Shown here: one piece after another, positions 36,308-49,414 of the stretch
Layout of the letters: each line of letters opens with the position of its first letter
How positions within the stretch are numbered: the first letter of the stretch is position 1
Source: the human T2T-CHM13v2.0 reference genome, Homo sapiens
Direction: 5' to 3' (one strand)
Assembly (NCBI RefSeq): GCF_009914755.1
Contig: NC_060929.1
Length of the DNA stretch: 64,000 nt
Translations under genes and position numbers: made by a program
Notes under the pieces: generated by a model
What the model saw: only the letters and a program-made list of their open reading frames with translations
Told to the model about the DNA's origin: nothing
The model's database searches: none

Positions 36308-36450
36308 TTGGCCAATAGGGCAGGCTCCAGCATCAGACCACCTCGGTTCACACTCTGTCTCCAGTACTAGCAAATTGGAAGGCTTTGGGAAAGTTACTTA
36401 ACTAAGACGCTTTTTCTTACCTACAACACAGGGATAATAAAATAGAGATT
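36308..36450 (+). mobile_element. MIR 5' part (3' part probably resumes about 36810-36890)
   Basis: GGCTCCAGCATCAGACCACCTCGGTTCAC...TTTGGGAAAGTTACTTAAC...GGGATAATAAAATAG. Confidence 0.7.
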
Positions 36451-36534
36451 TAAAAAATAAGCAGTATATTGTTTTGTTTACTTTTTATGCCAAAGCTTTA
36501 TTATTATTAATATTCACAGCAATCCTTCAACACA

Positions 36535-36797
36535 GGTCAGAGGATACAAAATAGCCAAAATGTAGGATGAACAAGTCTGGAGAGGACAGCATGAGGACTA
36601 TGATGTGTACAATTATACTATATTTGGAATTTTTGCTAAATAAGTAGATTTTAGCTGCTCTTGCTACAAAAAATAAAGGTAACTATGTGAGACGAAGCGT
36701 GTTTATTGATTCCACTATAGTGACCATTTTAGTATGCATATGTGTCCCATAACACCATGCTGTTTACCTTAAATATACACAATTCATTTTTTTAAAA
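36535..36797 (+). mobile_element. L1MA (L1MA9/10-like) 3' end
   Basis: GGTCAGAGGATACAAAATAG...TAAATAAGTAGATTTTAGCTGCTCTTG...GTAACTATGTGAGA...ACCTTAAATATACACAA. Confidence 0.8.
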
Positions 36798-36899
36798 GAT
36801 AAACATTTATTGTAAACACTATGAGGCATGCCCAGGGCTTGGCAAAGTGCCTGATGGCTAGCAAGCCTTCCACAACAGGTAGCTTTGCTTAACCACTTG

Positions 36900-37400
36900 C
36901 TAGATACCAGCTCACTCATATCACTCTAACACCTCAAATGTGTCCAAAACTTAATCCATTACTTAAACTCAAACAGTATCTTCCCTTCTTCACTAATAAA
37001 ATCAACCCAGCTTTAGCGATGCGACTGGTAATCAATTTCTGAATTGTTTTCTACTTCCCCCTCAACCCTTACATCCAATTAGTTGTCAAGCTTTACCTCT
37101 CCACGTACTCTCCCAAATCTACATATTAAATCTTATATCTGATCCTTTCTTTTCACAGTCTCCGACCTACTTCAGACCTCATCACCTTTCGCAGGGACCA
37201 CTGTAATAGGCTCGTACCTGGGACAGTACACAAGGATTGCCTGTAGAGTGCTTGCCCATAATACTTCTCTTTCACCTCCAAATACACCCTTAGTATGGCT
37301 AAGGATGTTCCTACATAATAATGGCTTTAAATGACTGAGAAACATTCAATGGTTCTTTACTAAATGAAGAATCAAGTCCAGGCTTCTAGCTCTATGTAGA
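36900..37400 (+). mobile_element. L2 fragment
   Basis: CACCTCAAATGTGTCCAAAACTTAA...ACATCCAATTAGTTGTCAAG...AATCAAGTCCAGGCTTCTAGC. Confidence 0.6.
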
Positions 37401-38732
37401 GTAAGCTAAGAGAACAGGCCAAATGGAAAAATACCACCACACATGATGATGGTCTTGTTTAAGCTATACAATCAAGAGCATACTTTGTAGAGATAAGGCT
37501 GGGAATGCCTTCTGAGAGAAGTAAATGCCCCTCCTCCATCACCCAGAGGCAGAAAGGAACTGGGCTTTTGAGTGGGGAAGGGATTTCCTCCTTCCTCCGT
37601 TGCATAAGGTTGGTACCACATGGGCTCCTAGGTGTGGTGATGAAGCACAAGGTGCCCCCACCATCAGGCTGCTGAGAAGTCTGGAAGGGGATCAAGAGCA
37701 ACAAGCAGACAGCTCTGAGAGCAGGTGTAAGCCATTTCCTCCACGGGTTTCCTCCTGGTCTTTATAACACTCAGCTTTTAATGATCTGTGCTGTGGGAAA
37801 CCAGACAGCACAGGGTCCTGTCCCACAGCCTGGAGTTGGAGGACAAGTGGCTGTGAACAGCAGAAGAAATACGGTCGTGTGCAGATCACAGCACGAGCAG
37901 CCACAGATGGCTGGGGACCCAAGGAGTCTTAAGGACAAAAATGGAGTGGCATGTTCCACCGTCCTGGCGAGGAGGTCCCAGGCACAATGTTCCAAAATAC
38001 TCGGTGGGAAACCTCTTTGAATGGGCTGAACTCCAGCAAATAAGGACAAATAAGGCTCGTGTTGTGAGGCTTTGGACATACAAAGAAATGGATTTTTTTT
38101 TTTTGGTCGGCATTAGCTGCAGAGAAAAGCAGCAGTTACATGATTCACTATATATTACATCTCTGTCCTAAGGTCTGGGATTTTATGTTACGGTTGTTAG
38201 GATTTGGAATTACTTTAATGAAACAATGTTCTCCTATCGCTAAGGAATTATTCCATAGAAATAATTCAGCTACTGTAAACAGCTGGTCTCTTCTCTGGCC
38301 AAAATAATTTTGCTTGTAAATATTTCCTTTACTTATGGACAAAACCAGAAGTCTGTTTTGTAGTAACGGTTCTCTCTTCAACACACTGCATTTGAAGACA
38401 ATGTTTCAGGCTGATGTGGGATCTGACTTTTTCCCTTGCTGTTCTGATGATGCTCTGCTAAGCAAACAATTGCCATGTTCCCGAGACTTCAGGTTGAAAC
38501 AACAGATGTAGAGGTAGGGAGGTGAAGTGTTTTCCTTCTGCTTCTGACACGATAATGCAAACGAGAAAATTCATTTCCTTTAATGTAGCCCCCAAACCCA
38601 TATATCAACACATTATCAAGTGAAATAATCTCTTTTATGTTGCACTCTGAAAAACTTTTAATATTCATGTGAAGATAAAAAAAAATACTTGGGGTTAGAA
38701 AAAAATAAATGTAACATAGAAAATATTCCCAG

Positions 38733-39054
<322 letters not shown>

Positions 39055-40042
39055 TCATCAAATTACAGAGCCAGTAATATTAATGTTTGTATGGAAGAGA
39101 ATAAGTAGACTTACAATTAAGTTGCAGGGACTTTAATAAGATGTTAACATGATTTAACTTTGACACAGGTAACTTTTTGATACTTTTGAATTTTGTAAGG
39201 ACAAAACCCAATCAACTGCTTTAAAATACAGAAGAGTACTATGAAGATCAAATAACCAAGTTTTAATAAAAAGGAACATGTTTCCAGAAATTCTAAGGTC
39301 TAGCATTCTTGCAGTTCCCCTAAGGCATTGCATCAGTGAACAGATTTGAGTTTTATTGGCTAAAGGGAACAATTCTCTGTAAATACAGGCATTTAGACTT
39401 ATAAAAGGTGCCTATAAAACAGATAGAAGATGCTGGAAATTATACATGTTGTGGAACTATAAAAAAAACCCATTTAAAAGCCATCCCATAGGATGTTTTA
39501 TAATGTTTATCCAGTTCAAAACAGCTTTATATTTCCCATTTTTCCTACATAATAGTAAACTTTAAGGGCAAAAAAGGCAAAAAAACTGAATAATGAAAAA
39601 AAGGAAAGTAGGAGGGTTAAAGAGCGGATCACATAAGAGAAGCTTGAAAGCAGGAGAATATTTACATTTATAGGATACAGAAATTGAGCATTACGGAAGA
39701 GACCACAAAGTAAAACAAATGAGAAATTTAAACAAATAGATAAAAGGTAAATAAGAAATGAGTATCCTTCTTTTATACATGTATAACTCATAAAATCTCT
39801 GAACTAGGAAAAATCTTAAAACTGGATCTAGTCTCTTTACTTCTCTTTCGGCAGAAATGTGGTTAAATTTTAACACAGACACAGCTGTACCAAACAGGTG
39901 CTACGGAGGAATGTTTTCGGATTTCACACCTTTTCTACAGAGAGTTTCCCCTCCCCACAAAGGCAGAAATGCTTACTGTAACTTTTAGGAACAGAATCAA
40001 AGCTTCACAAGGTAGAAAAAAGCAAAAAACAAATCGTTATTA

Positions 40043-40345
40043 TTTTTCTTTTAGAGACAGGGTCTCGCTCTGTTGCTCAGGCTAGAGGACAATGGCGCAA
40101 TCACAGCTCACTGAAATCTCAACCTCCTGGGCTCAAGCGATCCACCCTCCTCAGCCTCCGAGTAGCTGCAACTACAGACACATGCCAGCACACTTGGCAA
40201 ATTTTTTATTTTATTTTATTTTTGTAGAGATGATGTCTCCCTAATTTGCCCAGGGTGGTCTTGAACTCCTGGCCTCAAGCAAAAATCCTCCTGCTTTGGC
40301 CTCCCAAACTGTTGGGATTACAGGAATGAGCCACTGTCCCATACC
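40043..40345 (-). mobile_element. Full-length AluJ
   Basis: GAGACAGGGTCTCGCTCTG...ATCACAGCTCACTG...CTCCTGGGCTCAAGCGATCC. Confidence 0.93.
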
Positions 40346-40424
40346 CATTTTTTTAAGCCCTAAATTTTACTCTAAGATCTAAACCCTTGGCAACTAAAAA
40401 ATATGATCTTTGATTACAGAAATA

Positions 40425-40545
40425 AAGGCATCACTTAAAATCTTGTTAAATTACAGAATCTCAGGCCCCTTCCCAAGCTACTCAGCCTAAATCTGCATTT
40501 AACAAGATTCCTTATTTCTACACTCATTAAATTTTGAGAAGTACA
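40425..40545. mobile_element. MER5-type hAT-Charlie fragment
   Basis: CTTGTTAAATTACAGAATCTCAGGCCCC...AATCTGCATTTAACAAGATTCC...TTTGAGAAGTAC. Confidence 0.7.
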
Positions 40546-40709
40546 ATGAGTTTGTCTAGGTATCACTTCTGACAACGTTTACCTTGTGGTTATATTTGTA
40601 CAGCTGAATAACCTTAATTTATACCTTTCTTTTATTAACTATTATTAGGACTCTCTATAATTACACATATTTGTAGGTGGCATTAAAATTACATAAGAAA
40701 CATAATTCA

Positions 40710-41044
<335 letters not shown>

Positions 41045-42200
41045 AAAATGCATTTGAATAGAAATTATTTCTCTAGCTTTCATCACCATATCCTGAAAGA
41101 GGTACATACAGCAAAGACTCTACATGACAAAATAGGAAACTTCCATAATGCGTACTATGTCCAAGTATGCTAACTGTATGCTAATGAGGCCTTGCACAGT
41201 AAAAGCCCTGTGGCATTTCATGTTGTCTTGTTGAGAGTTGATTGGGGTAATTCTTTCAAGGAATCATTACTCTCAGCATTTCTGTCATGCTTTCTCAGAA
41301 AGTGTTAAAGGTCATTTCACTTTCTTAAGAAAAAATATCTAACATTTAATGAGTCACAGACATATCATTCTATTTGGTTTCTATCTGTAGTAGGCAAACA
41401 TCAAAATCAAAGTTTTAACCCAGGATGTGTCCAGAAATTAGAGTAATTGATCCAGAGTCCTGGCTCTGGGGAAGATGAGCGATGGCAGGGATCCGCCTTG
41501 GTGGTAACAAAGAGGAAGCCAGGGCTGGGAGGGGAGAAGGTTGTGTGTGGCCAAGGTTAGTGAGTGGGGAGCCAGGACAAAAACCCAGGACCCCTCACAT
41601 CGACCATTCCCATTCCATTTTCCCCTCATTTGGGGGTGATGTGTCCATTTGGGGACATATGGTGGATGTATCTTCTAATTTCTAGCTATGCACTGAAAAC
41701 ATGCATCTTATCCCAAATAATTATTATTTTTTTATTTTATCCTACCTGCTAATTTCCCCTTTATATGTCAAGCTCTGAACTTGAGGCAGGAATACTGAGA
41801 AGAAAAGACATCTGAAGAAATCCTCCCCCATTGTGAATTCTGCTGTTCCATAGGTTTCTGTCCGTGGCTGCCTTTACTCTCATTCTACATCCTCACACAG
41901 TTTTCCCGCAGGTGTCATATACCACCTATGCACTACAAACACGCAGCTCACTATTTCAAGATCTTGCCTCTCTTTTGTGCCCCAGACTCATACTTCTGAC
42001 TGCCCTTGGACATTACCAAAGAATTTGTTTTCAGCTAAAAATCATTAGAACAAACCTACTTTGCACTCTCATGAACCAGATTTTCTTTCTGAATTCCATT
42101 CTCATGCAATGGGACAAAGACTCCTTTATTCATTCGAATTCATTCAAACAGAAACACAGAAGGATCCTGGATTGATCTCACCTCTCCCTCATTCCCCAAC

Positions 42201-42380
42201 CAATATAGCTTCTTGGGCATATGACCTACGCAGTCTCATTGGGCCCCACACTGAGAAGAACAACACAGTGTTTGCTTTAATGCTCTGCTGTTGCCATCTT
42301 AAAATTCCTAATATTTTTGAACAAAGGGCTCCACAATATTCATTTTGAACTAGACCCTGCAAATTGTATGACTGGTTCAG
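42201..42380 (+). mobile_element. MER45A (hAT-Tip100)
   Basis: GGGCATATGACCTACGCAGTC...TTTAATGCTCTGCTGTTGCCATCTTAAAATTCCTAATATTTTTTGAACAAAGGG...CCCTGCAAATTGTATG. Confidence 0.8.
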
Positions 42381-44083
42381 TCCTCAAATCCTATAAATTG
42401 TGCGGTTAGTCCTGCTTCTCTATAATCCGTCTCTACACATTGCTGCTGTAATTCTCCTAAATCTAGGCAGTTAGGATGTCCATTAACAAAATTTTTTAAA
42501 GGCAAAAATTCTGCGGCTTATCAATTTCCCACAAAGTGTCTTTGAGCCTTGACTGCAATGAATTTTCCAGCACAAATTCCCATGCATCTTGATTTTCAAC
42601 TGTAAAGGGCAACCTGCCCTGGTTATCATGTATTTGTGCCAATATTACATGGACTGAAAGTCACCACCTCCTTTCTATATCTGACACACTCTATTCATCC
42701 TTCAAGCTTCAATTTTCCCAATGTGGCATATAACTCTTCTCTGCCTTCCATCACTCTCCCTAGGTAGGTCCAGCACCTGTGGTCAACAGTATTAGCATGG
42801 TAAGTGATTTCTAGCTGATTTACATAGGGCTCCAGGGGAATGAGGGAAGACCTCCTTTCAGTCCAGGATTTCTTCTGGCAACATCTTCGATGAGGGGAAC
42901 AGCTGAGACAACATGAGTGTGTGACTGCATGGTACATTCATTACACTGGCTTTGAGCAAAGTCTGCAGGAGAAAAGACAGATGCTCCCAAACTACACATC
43001 CACTCAAGTATACATGTTCAAGTTAGTTTTTCATACAAATCTCACGTCCTTCCTTTGTTGACTTTATTCCTTCTCTGCACCATGAAACTTGCCCATACTC
43101 CTTTCCATATCTTCATGAAGGTGGCAGGAAGTCACTTCAAATCACAGCTGACTTCATTTTCATTGCTGTTTTTCTTCAAAAACATGTTAGTCTGCATCAG
43201 AGCCCCACTGCCAGGCACCCAGGAGTGGGTACAGGGGACACATGCAGACCAGGGTCAGGAGTAGCCCAGCCCCATTCAACAGCATTCCAGCTGTGTGCAC
43301 AACTCAATGCATCCCTTCCATGAGCTGCAAGACGGTGCATGGGCCACAAGTACCTCTCCTTGTTTTGCTTTTCTCTCTAAGAAATCAGGGATCTCAATTC
43401 CTGACCTAATACCATGCTTGTTTTGCAAACCAGTTTCAACTAATAATAAACAATGTTGTCCTTGACAGCAGGGCCATTACTGCTGTTTCCAAATACCCTC
43501 AAGATACTCTCACATCTGTTTCATTAGACAGGCTGCAAAGGGTTTGATCAATGTGATCAAGAAAGGATTAGCATTTACTTCTATTCTCAGGTTCCTACGC
43601 TCACCTACTTTCACTCAATTTTTCTTCCTTTCTCCATTTCACTTTACAAATTGTGATTTTCACTAATAATAATTATCTCTATTACAGAAAAATAGAAGAT
43701 GGGCAAAAATATGTAACTGAAGATCCCTAAGTATGTATTGATGACTTAAATATCTTTTTGAATTTGATTTTCTAGCAATTCAGTTGTGCGGCTGTTAAAA
43801 AAAAAATCTCTTTAAGTACGTCTTAATTTGCAAATGTGCCTAACTACAAGTGAACCACTCATTTAACAGACATTTAATGAGTCTACACTATATAGTATGT
43901 GTGGTCTAGAGACACATAGCCACACCTCAATAATCTAATGAGAGAGAGAGATAATATTAACAAGTATTTGTATAATAATAGGAAGTATATATAAGTATCA
44001 AATGCACTGAAGACAAACATGCCTTTGACTCCGCAATTCCATTTCTATATATTTATAATTTTAAAAAATCTAACAAGAAATGG

Positions 44084-44316
44084 GCCAGCCTGGGCAACAT
44101 AGGGAGACTTCGTCTCTACAAAAATTTAAAAAAAGAATTAGCTAAATATGGTGGCATGTGGCTGTGGTCCTCCCAGCTACTCAGGAGGCTGAGAGGGGAG
44201 GACTGCTTGAGCCAAGGCAGTTGAAGCTTCAGTGAGCTATGATCATGCCACTGCATTGTAGCCTGGACAACACAGCAAGACCCTGTCTCAGAAAAGAAAA
44301 GAAAAAGAAAAAAAAA
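44084..44316 (+). mobile_element. 5'-truncated AluJ
   Basis: Begins GCCAGCCTGGGCAACATAGGGAGAC; J-type CAGTGAGCTATGATCATGCCACTGCA; (GAAAA)n tail. Confidence 0.9.
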
Positions 44317-44914
44317 TGTATGAACATTTAGGTGCAATAGTTTCAATATACACATATATATATAAGACATATATATATGCACTATATAAATAAAGATTTA
44401 AAATAAAGCCTAATACCTGGCTACATATCCAAGGTAATCCAGGTTTAAAAAAATAATGTTCTACAAATATTTGCCATATTCTGGAAAGAAGCTAGTTATG
44501 TTCTTTTCCTGACAGCTGGCTGTATTCATTTGATGGATTTTGAGTTATTAATATGTTTAAGAGCATGAATGTAATACAAATATTTAACGATTTAAAAATC
44601 ATTTTCTGTATGTATAATTGCACAACACATTTCATGGGTGATCAGCTGTCAAGCTTATTTTACTGTGTCCTTTAAGCTGTCCAAAATATAAAAATTTCTT
44701 CGTCTTTAAATGTCATAGTGTGACCTCAAAAAGCAATGCTGCATGAATGTGTAGTGACAGTTGACACACAGGAGGTGTCATTTTAGGCATCTGCACAGAA
44801 AGTACAAAAACATACCTCTAAAGTACCCATTTGCTTCGACTTGGAACTTTTCCCTAAGATGCAAATATGCATGTGCATGCACCCCATTCCCCCCAAAAAT
44901 CACATGCAGTGATA

Positions 44915-45058
44915 TTTCTTTCTTGAGACTTAGTCCCGCTCTGTCGCCCAAGATGGAGTGCAGTGGTGCGATCGTGGCTCACTGCAACTTCCAGCTCCCA
45001 GGTTCAAGCAATTCTGTCTCAGCCTCTTGAGTAGCTGGGATTACAGGTGCACACCACA
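44915..45058 (-). mobile_element. Alu right arm fragment
   Basis: CGCTCTGTCGCCCAAGATGGAGTGCAGTGGTGCGATC...GTAGCTGGGATTACAGGTGCACACCAC. Confidence 0.9.
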
Positions 45059-45959
45059 TTTCTATAAAAACATGCAAGTACTTTTTTGCATCACAATAAT
45101 GAAAAGAATGTGTTCTAACGTTTGTGTCACATAATGAGAACTTGAAATGGAATCAATCAAATTTTCTTAAAGGCAGGGCAAACAAACGAAAACATGCATC
45201 CCATTAATGCACACCAAAAAAAAAAAAAAAAACGCATTTCCTAATGAATGGGAGGTGCTTTTCTCTGCAGAAGCATCATGGTCATCAGACTCTGAGTGTG
45301 TATTTTCTCAACGGGGGTAATACTTCAGTGATTCTCCTCAAATATCAGTCCATTCATTTCCCTCTATAATAAAAGTGACACTGGAAGGTTAATGATGTGA
45401 AACTCTGCAGACAAAATGAAGCTACTATCCTCTTTCTGCTGACAAGACCACAGTAACGCAATGTGACAAATTAGAAAGAGAGGAATAGAATCTTAGATGG
45501 AGATTCCGTTTAGGATGTATTTTTCCCAGCAGTGCCTCCACTTGACTAGGTAGTATGTAAATGTGCATAAACTTTTTAAATTTATGGTTAAGAGGGTTCA
45601 TGATGTTATAATTAAGGGACAGACTAGGTCAAGTTATAACATATTCTATACCATCCCATAACATATCTTTGAATTTCTTTGTATTTAGTAATCTTTGAAA
45701 TGGAAGCAAATCATGAAGTATGCAATTACATGATTTTTGCAACACTACAAAGTATGCTTTTTATGAATCTCAACATAGACCACATTAGGCTTTAAAATAT
45801 CACTCAAATTTGAATTTCAGCAGAAGTGCATAGAAAATTTAAATATTCAAAGGTACAATTTTCTGTTAAAAGGCTCAAAAACATTATAAAATCTATCATA
45901 AAGTCTTTAGCTAATGAAAAATTTGTTAATAGTTCAATTCAGTTAAAAAATATTTACCT

Positions 45960-46220
45960 CTTTGGGAAGCTGAGGGTGGAAGCTTGCTTAAGCTCAGGAG
46001 TTCAAAACCAGCCTGGGCAACATAGCAAGAACCCATCTCTACTAAAAAGAAATTTTAAAAAATTAGCCAGGCATGGTGGTATGCACCTGTAGTCATAGCT
46101 ACTGGGGAGGCTGCGTTGGGGGAGACTGCTTGAGCTTGGGAGATTGAGGCTGCAGTGTGCCATGAATGCACACTGCACTCCAGTCTGGGTGACAGAGCAA
46201 AACAGTGTCTCAAAAAAAAA
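45960..46220 (+). mobile_element. AluJ lacking about 35 nt at the 5' end
   Basis: Starts CTTTGGGAAGCTGAGG; dimer; flanks AAAAAATATTTACCT / AAAAAAAATTTACTT. Confidence 0.92.
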
Positions 46221-46357
46221 TTTACTTAGTTTAAGTGCAATAATTGCATTATTATCAAATATGAAATAGGGCAAAGAGTAACTAAATTGTCAGAGTCACC
46301 ACAAGTTTTTTATTATCTAATTATAAGAAATAACATCTTGAAACAAATCATAACAAC

Positions 46358-47030
46358 TAAGATTGAGAATAAGACAAGGATGTCCACTCTCAACACTTCT
46401 ACTCAACATGGTAAAGGAAGTCCTGGACGAGGCAATTAGGCAAAATAAATAAATAAATAAATAAATAAAAATAAAAGGCACCCATATAGGAAATGAAGAA
46501 GTAAGACAACCTCCATTTGCAGAAGATATGATCTTACATATAGAAACTGCTGAGAATTCAGAAAACAATGTGTTGAACTGATAATCAACTTCAGTAAAAT
46601 TGCAAGGTACAAGATCAATATTTTAAAAATTGTTTGCATTTCTATACACTAGAAATAGACAATCCAAAAATGAAATTAAGAATACAATTTCACTTACAAT
46701 AGCATCAAAAATTAATAAAAGCAAAATAAGTGCAAAATGTATATCATGAAAATAAAGAAAAAGAAGGAAATGTTAAAGATCTAAATAAATATAAAAATGG
46801 TCCATGTTCATGGACAAGAAAAGTTAATATTGTTACAATGGCAATACTTGCCCAATTAATCTACAGATTTAATACAATCTCTATCAAGATTTCAGGTGTT
46901 CTTTTGTTTGTTTGTTTGCAGAAGTTAACATGCTTACCCAAAAATTCATTTGGAAATGCAAGGACACAGAAAAGCTCAACAATCTTAAAAAAGACTAAAT
47001 TTTGAGAACTCACACGTCTCAATTTCAAAA
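46358..47030 (+). mobile_element. L1M ORF2 reverse-transcriptase fragment (decayed)
   Basis: AGACAAGGATGTCCACTCTCA (RQGCPLS) and TTTGCAGAAGATATGATC (FAED for FADD); internal (AAAT)n; ORF 46730-47005 has LIYRFNTISIKI. Confidence 0.9.
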
Positions 47031-47546
47031 TTTGTAGTTGTTTATGTAGTTACTACCATATGTTTATGTAGTTACTACTATATAAATTGAATTCTGCATA
47101 CAAAACATGTATTTCTTAGGCAAGCATATTATAGAATTACTTTCCAATATCAATACAAATTCCAATATTCCAGATTTCAGGAAGTTCTAGTTGCTGAATA
47201 AGCAACACTTAACCATTGTGTTTATGTTCCACACGTGATATGTGACGTACACACTGCTAAATACCAAGAACAAAATACACTCGAATCATGCAAGTATCCT
47301 CTTATCTCTTAAATCACTGGCTTAATTTGGCCTTCCATAACTTTACATCTATTTTAACTACTCTGCTACAACTTACACTTATTAATTGATGTAAAAGAAA
47401 ATATTAAAAAGCCAGGCTTTAATATCTGTCCCCAACAAAATCACATTACTTGCATACAAAAAGGTTAAGGTAATTCTCAAACTGTCTAAATTCTTCTCTC
47501 TACAATAGGGTAACACTAATTCAAGTGATTCTGCTACTTAAGTAAT

Positions 47547-48175
47547 TTTTAACACCTTTGTTAAAGTATAATTGAAAAATTAAAATTGTACATATTTAAG
47601 GTATACAATGTGATGCTTTGATGTATGTATACATTGTGAAATGACCACCGCAAACTAATATATCCATCACCTCACATAGTTAACATTTTCTTATTTCTTA
47701 AGAACATCACACACCGGGGCCTCTCGGGGGTGTAGGGGGCAAGGGGAGGGAGAGCATTAGGACAAATACATAACGCATGCAGGGCATAAAACCTAGATGA
47801 TGGGTTCATAGGTGCAGCAAACCACCATGGCACATGTACACCTATGTAACAAACCTGCACATTCTGCCTGTGTATCCCAGAACTTAAAGTAAAATAAAAA
47901 GAAAATAATAATAAAATAAATAAATAAAAATAAAATACATAAGAAAAAAGATCTCTCCTTTCAGCAAAGTTGAAGTACACGATGCAGTATTATTAACTAT
48001 AGTCATCATGCTGTATATTAGATCTTCGGACACAGACAAATACTGCAGGATTACGTTTATATGTGGAATCTAAAATAGTCAAACTTACAGAAGCAGAGAG
48101 TGGAAAGGTGGTTACCGGGCATTGGTGGAACAGGGCAATGGGGTGATGTTGCCAAAGGGCACAAAGTTTTAGTTA
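47547..48175 (-). mobile_element. L1MA 3' end with 5' inversion (minus 47547-48027; inverted plus segment 48028-48175)
   Basis: The minus part is the L1MA terminal 3' UTR. The plus part GACAAATACTGC...TATATGTGGAATCTAAAA...CAAAGTTTTAGTTA is the consensus-upstream segment. TSD TACTTAAGTAAT at 47535-47546 and 49025-49036. Confidence 0.85.
47701..47935 (+). mobile_element. L1PA7/8-like 3' UTR fragment nested in the L1MA
   Basis: GAACATCACACACCGGGGCC...GGGAGAGCATTAGGACAAATAC...GGTGCAGCAAACCACCATGGCAC...CCCAGAACTTAAAGTAAAAT plus A-rich tail. Confidence 0.93.
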
Positions 48176-49024
48176 CAGTCACACGACGTCACATAACAAC
48201 ATTTTGGTTAACAATGGGCTGCATATAAGATGGTGGTCCCATAGGATTGTAATGAAGCTGAAAATGTCCTATTGCCTAGTGATATCATCTTGTTGATGCT
48301 GACCTTATGTAGGCCTAGGCTAACAGGTGTGCTTGTGCCTTAGTTTTTACTTAAAACATTTAAAGAGTAAAAAAAATAAATAAATAAAAGTAAAAAGCTT
48401 ATAGAATGATAGAAATATTTTTGTACAGCTGTACAATTTGTGTTTTAAGCCAAGTGCTATTAGAAAAGAGTCAAAAAGTGAAAAGAAATTTAAGAATTTC
48501 TGAAGTAAAAAGTTACAGTAAGCCTAATTACAGTAAGGTTAATTTATTATTGAAGAAAATGTTTTCAATAAATTGAGCGTAGCCTAAGTATCCAGTGTTT
48601 CTTGAGTCTACAGTAGTGAACAGTAATGTCCTAGGCCTTCACATTCACTCACCACTCACAGACTCATCCACAGCGACTTCCAGTCCTGCAAGCCCTGCAT
48701 GGTTTAAGTGTCTTATACAGGTGTATCTTTTTTTAAAAAAATCTTTTATATTTTATACTGTATTTTTACTATACCTTTACTATGTTTAGATACACAACTA
48801 CTTACCATTGTGTTACAACTGCCTACAGTGTTCAATACAGTAACCTGCTGTACAGGTTTATAGCCTAGGTGCAATAGACTATACCATATAACCTGGTGTG
48901 TAGTTGGCTAGACCACTAGGTCTGTGTAGGTACACTCTACGATGTTCACACAATGACAGAATTGCCTAAGGACACATTTCTCAGAACTCAGGACTTATCT
49001 CTGTCATTGAATGACACATGACTG
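48176..49024 (+). mobile_element. Tigger3 (Tigger3b-like) TcMar DNA transposon
   Basis: Terminal inverted repeats CAGTCA...TGACTG with TA on both sides; GATGGTGGTCCCATAGGATT; CCTAGGCCTTCACATTCACTCACCACTCAC. Confidence 0.92.
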
Positions 49025-49111
49025 TACTTAAGTAATGCAAAGGTAATAGAATTTCAACACAAGTACGTCCACTGGCTCTCCTTTTTTTCCCTATTTCCTC
49101 TCCCTATCTCA

Positions 49112-49132
49112 ACACACACACACACACACACA
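49112..49132. repeat. (AC)10 microsatellite
   Basis: Directly read. Confidence 0.93.
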
Positions 49133-49414
49133 AATTTAAGTATATGGAGGAAAAAATGGAAAAAAAATAGCTCCATGTGTTCTCCCTAACATCATCATTG
49201 CATGGATGAAGTTAATGGAGGTTCAGTAAGGTTAAGTGACTAGTTCATCTCAACATGCCTAGCAAACAAAGAATTCAAACTCAGCCTAATTTTGTAGACT
49301 ATACACTTGATCATTCTTAATAGCAACAATTTACAGCTTCTTTTTAAAGCAAAACTTTTCAAAAAAGCTTTCACTTCTTTGAGTACCATTTACCTACTTT
49401 AATTGGACTTTTGA

